In this document: positions 53,331 through 61,448 of the stretch, piece by piece
Layout of the letters: each line of letters starts with the position of its first letter
Numbering within the stretch: the first letter of the stretch is position 1
Origin: Magnetococcales bacterium
GTDB taxonomy: Bacteria > Pseudomonadota > Magnetococcia > Magnetococcales > UBA8363
NCBI GenBank assembly: GCA_015228815.1
Contig: JADGCV010000010.1
Span: 46,218-110,217, forward strand
Length of the DNA stretch: 64,000 nt
Direction: 5' to 3'
Made by a program: the position numbers and the translations under genes
Notes under the pieces: generated by a model
Seen by the model: the letters and a program-made list of their open reading frames with translations, nothing else
Told to the model about the DNA's origin: nothing
Databases searched by the model: none

Positions 53331-54715
53331 TCGGCTCCATCATTTCCGCCACCCTGTCCCAGGCGGAAATGGATTTTGCCTGGAGTGGTACTTTTGAGGT
53401 GACAAACCCGGCATCGTTTCAGCGCATCCGCATCGATGATCCCATCGATCTGGAACTGGGTGGTGAAATCTTTAAGTTAATTGTTGACAACAAAACGCTG
53501 GAGCGGGATGGCGTTGGCATGCCACGGCTCACAGTCTCGGTAATCAGCCCCACGGTGCGTTTTACCACACCTCGCGCTACCCCATTGGACAGAGTTTGGG
53601 ACTCGCCCGTGTGGGCCAGGGACGCGGCAGAAGAGTCCATTGGCGAAGCCGTTGAATGGGACTTGGTGAACTGGCTGATCACAGGAGGGCGTCTGGCAGT
53701 GCACGAGGCCTTACCACTGGATGTCGTCCGCACCATTACCGCAGCCGTAGGTGGCTTGGTGGAGTCCCTGCCGGATGGGACGCTCCGGGTCCGGCATCGC
53801 TTTCCGGTGGCAGTGCCAGCCTGGGCGACGGCCAACGTGGATCATGTTTTGACCGATGAGTCCGACAACCTCTCTTGCCGCGAATCCCACATCCTGCGCA
53901 CCCGGGTCAACAAAGTGCTGGTCCGGGGCTATTTGCCATCTGGAACAGGGTTCTTATCCGTCGAGGTTGACTCGCGGCCTGACGGTTTGAACCACGGACG
54001 CACCAGCTTTTTTGCCGGAGACACGGCCCACCTGCTGGTGCATGCCGGTGATGATGTTGCCTTGGAAGACCCGCTTGTTTCCGCCGGGGTGATCCTGCCG
54101 GGGGGATGGCAGGTGATCAGCATGACGCAGGATCTGGTGTTCAACAGGGTGGCGACTGCCACATTGGACAAACCCGCCATCGGCATTGACTCGGTGATCT
54201 GGATCGGCAATGACCTGGGTGATCTCACCCTGGAGTCCGACAATCGCACGGTTTCTGTCCCGAATGCGGGTGTGGCCATCGCCAGAGTGACGTATCGTTC
54301 CATAGCGTGTGCCTGGGGCCTGTCCTCGCCATCGACCGTGGCCGGGTTGAGCGAATATCCGGTGCAGGTCCATTTCTCAGGTACGACTGGAGAAGTACTT
54401 GATGCAGGCGAGATTTTTTGCCAACGGGGTGATGGGGCGTTTCGTGGCACGGACATCTCCGACCCGCTTCTGACGACTGATGAAGCCAAGCGTTCCCGTG
54501 GTCGGGCGGAAATCGATGCGGGTGAATCCCTCCAGGAGGTCTCATTGACCTGCCTGCATCGGCCAGGATTTATGCCGGGGCAGCTCGTGGAAGTTCACGA
54601 TGCCCTGATGGGTCTCTCCTGGCGCGGCAAGATTACCTCGGTGAGCCATTTCGCCGCCGGGGCGAAACTGATCACTTCGTTGGAGTTGTTGCGCTATGTC
54701 CAGCCCTCTGTTTGA
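53327..54715 (+). CDS. hypothetical large distal tail protein
   Basis: 462-aa ORF. ATGA overlap with the upstream gene. Confidence 0.5.
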   Translation: MIGSIISATLSQAEMDFAWSGTFEVTNPASFQRIRIDDPIDLELGGEIFKLIVDNKTLERDGVGMPRLTVSVISPTVRFTTPRATPLDRVWDSPVWARDAAEESIGEAVEWDLVNWLITGGRLAVHEALPLDVVRTITAAVGGLVESLPDGTLRVRHRFPVAVPAWATANVDHVLTDESDNLSCRESHILRTRVNKVLVRGYLPSGTGFLSVEVDSRPDGLNHGRTSFFAGDTAHLLVHAGDDVALEDPLVSAGVILPGGWQVISMTQDLVFNRVATATLDKPAIGIDSVIWIGNDLGDLTLESDNRTVSVPNAGVAIARVTYRSIACAWGLSSPSTVAGLSEYPVQVHFSGTTGEVLDAGEIFCQRGDGAFRGTDISDPLLTTDEAKRSRGRAEIDAGESLQEVSLTCLHRPGFMPGQLVEVHDALMGLSWRGKITSVSHFAAGAKLITSLELLRYVQPSV

Positions 54716-54917
54716 CCTGCGAGAACTTCTCTCCGGAAACGCGCCGGTGGCGGGGATGGTGATTTCAATCGATCATGGCGTGGCACAGGTGGCAACAAGG
54801 AAGGGGGTGGTCGAAGTCGCTGCTGAAGGGATCAGGGTTGGTAACCGGGTGGTGGTGAAGGACGGTCGAGCAGTAAGAGTGCAGGATGTCGTTGATGCGC
54901 CGGTGTTTCTTGTGTGA
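54696..54917 (+). CDS. hypothetical small protein, last gene of the phage-like block
   Basis: 73-aa ORF overlapping the upstream gene by 20 nt. Confidence 0.4.
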   Translation: MSSPLFDLRELLSGNAPVAGMVISIDHGVAQVATRKGVVEVAAEGIRVGNRVVVKDGRAVRVQDVVDAPVFLV

Positions 54918-55261
54918 TGTCGCCATCCCTGCCGCTCCCCTTGATCCGCATCCTTGCATCCGTCGGGAGTCCCTGCGTCTTGTTCAGGTTTACATCGCCG
55001 GACTCAAACCCAATGTGGCGTTCAGGTTGTCGCCGACAACGACCAGGTCCAGTCCGTCGGGAAATTTTCGCGCCAAACATGCCGGGAATATTTTCATCAG
55101 TGTGGCGAATTTGCTTGATTCTTGCGGGGGTGGGTAATCATAATGTGGATTCATGGAATGGAGGGTGACCGAAGGAATTTTTTCGCGAGTATCGGCCCTC
55201 TCTGACTGTTTCCCTACAACCGGCGCGCCAGTTCCCAACTTTACTATATTTTGGAGGTTTA

Positions 55262-55861
55262 ATGATTAAATTCTTAGGCAATTTGATCGTATTTGTAACT
55301 TTAGCGGCAATGTCCATGACAGGATGCGGAAATATTGTAGTACCAGGACAACATCTCACTGTCACTACAAACATCAAGCCCTGTCTTCAATCAAAATACG
55401 ACGGTGATTTTGGTTTAACACTTGGAGTTGAACAAATTAAGTGGCAAGACAAGCTGGTCAAGTTTGGCATTGATAATCTGCCAAAATCACAGAAAAGAAT
55501 GCTTGAGCAGCAATTTACATGGATTCCTCAGGACAAGTTCATAGTATTTGACGTTTACCTTGAAAACCGCGCTCAAAGTCCGGTGACATGGAACCCCAGG
55601 AATGCACCAGTGTTCGCTCTGCTTGATAAAAAGGGAACCATGTATAATGCATCAGGACAGAACGAAGGGAATATGGATGATATCTCAGCAAAGATAATGA
55701 TAGGTGCGACAGTAAACCCAGGACGGAAACTGAGAGGAACAGTCGTATTCGACGTTCCTAGAACGGATTCGTATGTTCTGCTCGTTAAACAAGGTAAATG
55801 GACAGGTGGATGGAGCGTTATTGGCGGCAATGAATTTATGAGATGCAATGTTGATAGTTAA
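55262..55861 (+). CDS. lipoprotein (DUF4352-like Ig-fold candidate)
   Basis: Signal peptide plus lipobox 'AAMSMTGC'. GGAGG lies upstream of the ATG. Confidence 0.7.
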   Translation: MIKFLGNLIVFVTLAAMSMTGCGNIVVPGQHLTVTTNIKPCLQSKYDGDFGLTLGVEQIKWQDKLVKFGIDNLPKSQKRMLEQQFTWIPQDKFIVFDVYLENRAQSPVTWNPRNAPVFALLDKKGTMYNASGQNEGNMDDISAKIMIGATVNPGRKLRGTVVFDVPRTDSYVLLVKQGKWTGGWSVIGGNEFMRCNVDS

Positions 55862-55932
55862 CACGTATAAGATCGTAGCCGTTCAGGCTCCCTCTCCCTC
55901 TGGGAGAGGGCCGGGGTGGGAGGATGTCATTT

Positions 55933-57084
55933 ATGCAGCTTAAAAGTTTGGTCAGCGTCTTTTCGACTTATTTCCTCCTGATTGGCTTGGCCATCTGCTT
56001 GGCTATGGTTCCGTCGGTAGTCGATGCAAGTGATTCTGACAAAAATGTTTACACGGTCCAGGTTTCTGCGAGTCGCTCGCGCGAGGACGCCATTGCCGAA
56101 ATGGAAAAACTGCGACGACAGGGTTTTACCCCTTTCATGCTGGATATTTATAATAGTAAGAACATCCTCTGGCATACTGTACAGATTGGCTATGATACCA
56201 ATTTACAGGTCGCTAAAAAACAAGCCCGGAAATTCAGGAAGAAAAGTGGGAAAAGTGCCGAAGTGTTAACGCTTCCCGCAACATCATTTGCTTACTTTAA
56301 GCTGCGTGCATCAGGAGAATCTTTTGAAGGGACTCAGAAATTATGGACAAATCAGCCATCACCAGCGATAGAAGAGCCTCCCAAAAATTTATCTGGTACC
56401 TATTCGCAGCAACCATCAGTGAGTTTGAAGGACATAAAACCAGACGTCTCTGATCCTGTGACCGATGGTAAGAAATTGAAGAGTATGGAACCAGACGTCC
56501 CAGATTCTTTAGACGTCGCGAGCCCTTTGACCAATGATAAGAAATGGTATGTTGTTGCCAGTGTTGGTGTATCTCATGTTGGTAAAAGTTCTGAAGATTT
56601 GGATCGCGACCTTTCCTCTCAAGGTTTTACCACCACTTCCTCAATCGATAGAACCAACCAAGGTTTAAAGTTGATTGGAGGGTACAAGTTTGCTCGGTAT
56701 TTAGGAGTTGAGGCTGGTTTTGTCCATTTCACGAAAGTCAACACCAAGATAGACGCATCTAATGCGGGCGGCATTGCCAATGCGGTCGTCAACCACGCTC
56801 CATTGACGATGAACGGTGCTGTAATGTCTGGGGTTGGCACTTGGCGAATTACCCCTGAAATCGCTTTACATGGAAAGGCCGGTGGATTTTTGTGGAACGG
56901 AAAGGTCAACGCCAACGCCCTGGGGGATAGCGTAACCCGCAAAGATGATGGCATCGATCCAATATTGGGTGTAGGTGCCGAGTTTAACATATCAGACCAG
57001 ACGTTGTTTCGTATCGAATGGGATCGGTATTTAACTTCCGATAAGATGGATCTCTTTTCTTCTGGAGTTGGAGTCCGGTTTTAA
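55933..57084 (+). CDS. SPOR-domain / C-terminal beta-barrel outer-membrane protein
   Basis: Signal peptide ending 'VVDA|SD'. 'YTVQVSASRSREDAIAEMEKLRRQGFTPFM...WHTVQIGYDTNLQVAKKQARKF' is SPOR-like. The C-terminal alternating beta strands end in '...GVGVRF' (aromatic terminus of OMP barrels). Confidence 0.7.
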   Translation: MQLKSLVSVFSTYFLLIGLAICLAMVPSVVDASDSDKNVYTVQVSASRSREDAIAEMEKLRRQGFTPFMLDIYNSKNILWHTVQIGYDTNLQVAKKQARKFRKKSGKSAEVLTLPATSFAYFKLRASGESFEGTQKLWTNQPSPAIEEPPKNLSGTYSQQPSVSLKDIKPDVSDPVTDGKKLKSMEPDVPDSLDVASPLTNDKKWYVVASVGVSHVGKSSEDLDRDLSSQGFTTTSSIDRTNQGLKLIGGYKFARYLGVEAGFVHFTKVNTKIDASNAGGIANAVVNHAPLTMNGAVMSGVGTWRITPEIALHGKAGGFLWNGKVNANALGDSVTRKDDGIDPILGVGAEFNISDQTLFRIEWDRYLTSDKMDLFSSGVGVRF

Positions 57085-60000
57085 TGCGTATACTTACAAA
57101 AAGACAATTAATACCTCCTTTTGGCTATCCATTGATTGTTGGTCTGGTATTGGTTCTGCTTGTTATTTCTGGGTGCTTTGAAGGGGGTAACGTTGATATT
57201 ATAACCAAACAAACATCTGATGACACTGATATCAGTTCCTCTGGCGGGGACGGTATTGGACCTGATGATAATATTTATATAGTTACTTTCGATGGTACAT
57301 CCTCAGACTCATCAGAATCTTCAGCAAATAATAACGCTTCACTGTTAGCAGACTTCGAAACAATAGATATACCAAAGAGAGGATTTGCAAATAATTATTC
57401 TTCATTTGATTTTCTATCAAAAACTGGTGCCAGATTTGATCGCCTTTTATCTTTTAGTACAAAATTTGCGTTCGCACAATCATTTGATAGAGTGAGATGG
57501 TTATCTCAACATGTGCAGATGGATTCTGAATTTTGTTATGAAGAAAAGAAAAAATATCCGGGAAATGCCTATTGCGGATTTGCTTCAGTCTTGATGGGAG
57601 CGGACTATCTTTTAAATGGGGAAACTACACCAAAGGCACCAGCGACCCTTGGTTATAGTGATGATACGTCAAGATGGATCGTAAATTCTGTAAAAGATGC
57701 ATTCAAAGATAAATACAGTCCATGTGGCGGCCTCCTTGGTATCCTTCCAGATGATGACATACCAACGTTTGCTAAAGAGCTAGGTGTGAGTAAACCAGAC
57801 TCACAATCAAAATCTGATGGAGCCACACCATTTGATAAAACAAGTCGTTCTAAAACTGCAGCAGAAGAATGGCTTAGAACCGCCTTGAATAATCGTCGGC
57901 CTGTAGTTGCAAGAATTCCTTACCAAGGTAATAAAATTCTTGGGCAAAAATCAAGAGAGAATTATTTCTCAGGAGGAACAAAAACAGTAGAAATGAAGGC
58001 AGACCCAAAGTCGGAGAAAGACCCAGAGTCGGTTGTTCGTCATTGGATATTGATCGCTGAAATAAATGACGATACGGTTTTGACCTATGATCCGGATCCG
58101 CATGCCAAGAATGAAGAAGCTGGCATAAGGAGGTATACCAAGAGTTCATTTTTTGAACAGCTAGTAGACAATAGGAATAAATCTAAAGGTCGGATGTTTA
58201 TGTATCAATTATGTGCGGATTGTGAATCTGGTACAGAGGCATTTGCAGCACCAGCCCAAGGAGTAACATTAAGCCTTAATCATTTGCACACAGCAGGCAA
58301 CAGCACTCCCATTGTGTCACCTCTTGTTCCAAATTGCCAGTTTTCTTCACAAAACATGCCTCCTGGACTGTCATTGGATACAGAAGGGCGGATTAATGGT
58401 ACGGCAACACAAACAGGATCATCTTCACCGACAATTATAATGCAATGTAACAATGATAATGTTAATCGTGTAGCGACAAAAAATATTAGTATGACAATCG
58501 TTTCAGATAATTTGAATACCACACCAGGGACGGATACAATAGCCAGCATTGATCTTATTACCCTATCAAAGCTCAAAAATGGTAAAGTTGGAAATATATA
58601 TTCATTGCCACTTTCCACATCCAGAGCATCTGATTCTTTATCTTTCAGCGTTATTGACGGAAAATTACCACCCGGCCTAAACCTGACTGGCGGTACTATT
58701 GTGGGAAAACCAACTCTAAGTGGTACCTACAGTTTCGATATACGTGCAACAATATCAACAGCTTCAGCTACGAAAAACTTTACAATAGTTGTCGATCCCC
58801 AAACGGATGCTCTAGTAATTGCGCCAACGCTAAATAAAATACAACCTGATACCGTTTTAGGCAAAAACGGACAGCAGCTAATGAAGTTAGTCGGTTCTGG
58901 ATTTAGCGATGGCTCGCGTGTTCGCCTTGTGGACATTACCAACAATGTAACCTATGAAAAAAGTCCGGTATCCGTAAAGGATGCCGAAATTGAGATTAGA
59001 GCCAACTTCTCTACAGACAAAGCCACCTGGACGGCTACTGTAGTAGGGCCAACAGGATTGGAGTCTGCACCTGTTTCATTTTCAGTGTTGGCTCCAAGTA
59101 CAGAAGCAAGTCGTCCCATCGTGTGGCCAAGAGCTTGGACGCAGCCACTTGATGACGACCTCAGAGTGACTGCAGAGTATGGAGCCTTTGGTAAAGATTG
59201 TTCGAATGCCGATCTAACGGCAGTGTATACATACTATCTCGATAGTGGTCGACTGGAACACCTCGGCTTGGACTTATCTGCTGCTGCTGGAAAAGTTGTA
59301 AAGAGCATTGCACCGGGTAAGGTTATCTATAGTGGAAAGATGTGGACTGAAAAATGGGCTGACGTTATTCTGGTAGAACATTGGACTACCAGTGCGGAAA
59401 CTTTCACAGCGGTATACGGCCATCTTAATTCAAGTGTGAAAAAAGGCGATGAAGTCAAGGCAGGAGACCAGCTTGGTACAGTTTATAATCTGCCGTCTCC
59501 GTATGGATCTCATCTTCACTTTGGCGTTGCAAAAGACAGGCAAACCTCTGTTCCAGGATTTTCCAGTGATAACAATTCAACAAATGGCGCATGCACACAG
59601 CATCCTGGTGTAACTATTAATCCAGAAACTTTCTTGCAAGGGAGATCACCGGCAGATGTTGCTCCTACAAATGCAAAGTTGGCTATTCCAATCAACTTGA
59701 CGCCTGGCAGTGAGACGAGTCCAGGAAGCACCGTAGGGAGTGGTCAAGTCACCTTAAGTTGGTCCTCAGTAACTGGGGCAACGTATTACGAAGTCATAGT
59801 TAAAGATACTGATACAGGCTCTTCACAAAGCACGACTGTAAAGACTACATCTTATAGTTCCAACCTTGTCCCTGGAAAAAAATATCAATGGTATGTTTCT
59901 GCATGTAACGGTAACGGCTGCTCCAAACACACCTTAGGTCAATATTTCCAAACTCCAGGAGATAGCATACCAGATACGCCGACCATCGACATGACCAACT

Positions 60001-61448
60001 CTGTATTTGGAAGTATTACCGGTCCAGGTACAATGATGAGTAGTACGTCGGTAAGCCTGTCATGGAGTACGATGAGTCGGGCGACACGCTACGAACTAGG
60101 TGTTCGGGATGTCACTACCAATAACCTCGTTGTAGATACCTCTATTGTTGGAACATCCTATACTGCAAATCTGGATCCAGAAAAACAATACAAGTGGAAT
60201 GTCGCTGCCTGTAATAGTTCCGGATGTTCAAAATATACAACTCCAATCTATTTTCAAACACCAAAACTCGCTGCCTCATTTTCACCGCCTGTTGTAACCT
60301 TGACCGATGGCCAGATCGGTTCCAATCCTCCTGTCCCTGTAGCAGGTACCTTGACTGTCAATAGTGGTTCATCTGGTACATCAGGGACATTGAGTGCCAA
60401 CAATCCTGACGGTGGTTCATTGACCTATAGTATCGTGACCAATGGGTCGAAGGGGGTGGCAACGATCACTAATTCTGCCACCGGAGCCTACACCTATGCG
60501 CCAAACGCTGGTAGCAGTGGGACGGATACATTCACCTTCAAAGTTAACAATGGCAAAGTGGATTCCAATGTTGCGACGATCACGGTCACGATCACTCCGG
60601 ACAGCGCGGTGGTGCCGACCATCACTTCATTGAGCCCGACCAGTATGACCGCCTCTGGGACGCAACAGACCCTGACAATCAACGGCAGCAATTTTGTTGC
60701 TGGTAACCTGGTTCAGTTCAAGTGGGGCGTAGGATCAGAAGCCAATATTTGGAAAAATTCGACTTCGACACCGAGTGTGACGTCCAACCAAATCAGCCTG
60801 GGTATATATCCTGGCACCGTCTCCGATACGATTCATGTTCGTGTATGTACCAACAGCGATGCAATCAATTGTTCTTCACAACAATCTATGACAGTAACGT
60901 CTGCAACTTCATTTTCACCGCCTGTTGTAACCTTGACCGATGGTCAGATCGGTTCCAAAGGTATCGTTGCCAAGACCGGTCAAACCACATCTTATGCAGC
61001 GGGGGACGATGGTGCCCTGCAAAAGGGCGTTGCTTGGCCCAACCCGCGCTTCACCGATAATAGCAACGGCACGGTCACGGACAATCTGACAGGTTTGATT
61101 TGGCTCAAGAGTGCCAATTGCTTTAACCCTCAGGATTGGACCTCTGCCCTGGCCACGGCCAAAGGGTTGGCCAATGGGCAGTGCGATCTGGCGGATGGCT
61201 CCGTTGCCGGTGATTGGCGACTACCCAACATCAACGAACTGGAAAGTTTGGTCGACTATAGTCATCATTGGCTCTATCAGGAGGCCGGGTATCCGTTTTC
61301 GGGCGTCCGGCTCAGCCACTATTGGTCGGGCTCCACGCACGCCCACTACACGTCCGGCGCCTGGTACGTGCACCTCGGCTACGGCATCGTGTACCACAAC
61401 GACAAGGCGAACAGCAACCTTGTCTGGCCTGTGCGAGGCGGAGAATGA
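57084..61448 (+). CDS. 1454-aa multidomain lipoprotein, DGR target 1 (papain-like peptidase, Ig/IPT/FN3-like repeats, M23 peptidase, C-terminal DUF1566 domain carrying VR1)
   Basis: Lipobox 'LLVISGC'. Candidate Cys/His pair 'GNAYCGFASVLMG' / 'VRHWILIAEINDD'. 'PPGLSLD'/'PPGLNLTGGTIVGKPT' Ig-type repeats. M23 motifs 'HLGLDLSAAAG', 'AVYGHL', 'GSHLHFGV'. Two FN3-like 'LSWS...Y(Y/E)...Y.W.V.ACN..GCS' modules. DUF1566 'DWRLPNINELESL'. Confidence 0.85.
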   Translation: MRILTKRQLIPPFGYPLIVGLVLVLLVISGCFEGGNVDIITKQTSDDTDISSSGGDGIGPDDNIYIVTFDGTSSDSSESSANNNASLLADFETIDIPKRGFANNYSSFDFLSKTGARFDRLLSFSTKFAFAQSFDRVRWLSQHVQMDSEFCYEEKKKYPGNAYCGFASVLMGADYLLNGETTPKAPATLGYSDDTSRWIVNSVKDAFKDKYSPCGGLLGILPDDDIPTFAKELGVSKPDSQSKSDGATPFDKTSRSKTAAEEWLRTALNNRRPVVARIPYQGNKILGQKSRENYFSGGTKTVEMKADPKSEKDPESVVRHWILIAEINDDTVLTYDPDPHAKNEEAGIRRYTKSSFFEQLVDNRNKSKGRMFMYQLCADCESGTEAFAAPAQGVTLSLNHLHTAGNSTPIVSPLVPNCQFSSQNMPPGLSLDTEGRINGTATQTGSSSPTIIMQCNNDNVNRVATKNISMTIVSDNLNTTPGTDTIASIDLITLSKLKNGKVGNIYSLPLSTSRASDSLSFSVIDGKLPPGLNLTGGTIVGKPTLSGTYSFDIRATISTASATKNFTIVVDPQTDALVIAPTLNKIQPDTVLGKNGQQLMKLVGSGFSDGSRVRLVDITNNVTYEKSPVSVKDAEIEIRANFSTDKATWTATVVGPTGLESAPVSFSVLAPSTEASRPIVWPRAWTQPLDDDLRVTAEYGAFGKDCSNADLTAVYTYYLDSGRLEHLGLDLSAAAGKVVKSIAPGKVIYSGKMWTEKWADVILVEHWTTSAETFTAVYGHLNSSVKKGDEVKAGDQLGTVYNLPSPYGSHLHFGVAKDRQTSVPGFSSDNNSTNGACTQHPGVTINPETFLQGRSPADVAPTNAKLAIPINLTPGSETSPGSTVGSGQVTLSWSSVTGATYYEVIVKDTDTGSSQSTTVKTTSYSSNLVPGKKYQWYVSACNGNGCSKHTLGQYFQTPGDSIPDTPTIDMTNSVFGSITGPGTMMSSTSVSLSWSTMSRATRYELGVRDVTTNNLVVDTSIVGTSYTANLDPEKQYKWNVAACNSSGCSKYTTPIYFQTPKLAASFSPPVVTLTDGQIGSNPPVPVAGTLTVNSGSSGTSGTLSANNPDGGSLTYSIVTNGSKGVATITNSATGAYTYAPNAGSSGTDTFTFKVNNGKVDSNVATITVTITPDSAVVPTITSLSPTSMTASGTQQTLTINGSNFVAGNLVQFKWGVGSEANIWKNSTSTPSVTSNQISLGIYPGTVSDTIHVRVCTNSDAINCSSQQSMTVTSATSFSPPVVTLTDGQIGSKGIVAKTGQTTSYAAGDDGALQKGVAWPNPRFTDNSNGTVTDNLTGLIWLKSANCFNPQDWTSALATAKGLANGQCDLADGSVAGDWRLPNINELESLVDYSHHWLYQEAGYPFSGVRLSHYWSGSTHAHYTSGAWYVHLGYGIVYHNDKANSNLVWPVRGGE
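61287..61442 (+). repeat. DGR variable region VR1 (with invariant flanks)
   Basis: Gap-free alignment with 63752-63907. The first 22 and last 21 nt are identical. About 34 mismatches (hand count) in the central 114 nt, mostly in codon positions 1-2 of NNC codons. Confidence 0.85.

Noticed and set aside
54990-55238. 82-aa minus-strand ORF; its C-terminal 35 aa (MKIFPACLARKFPDGLDLVVVGDNLNATLG...) might be a remnant of a host gene cut by phage integration.
   Set aside because: It is too short and has no SD. The 'GDN' segment is only vaguely SGNH-like. I could not find a matching att repeat in the window.
61268-61444. The upstream extension of the RT ORF given by the track (start 61268).
   Set aside because: It overlaps VR1 in another frame and is R-rich. 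The conserved DGR-RT N-terminus begins after ATG 61445/61472.
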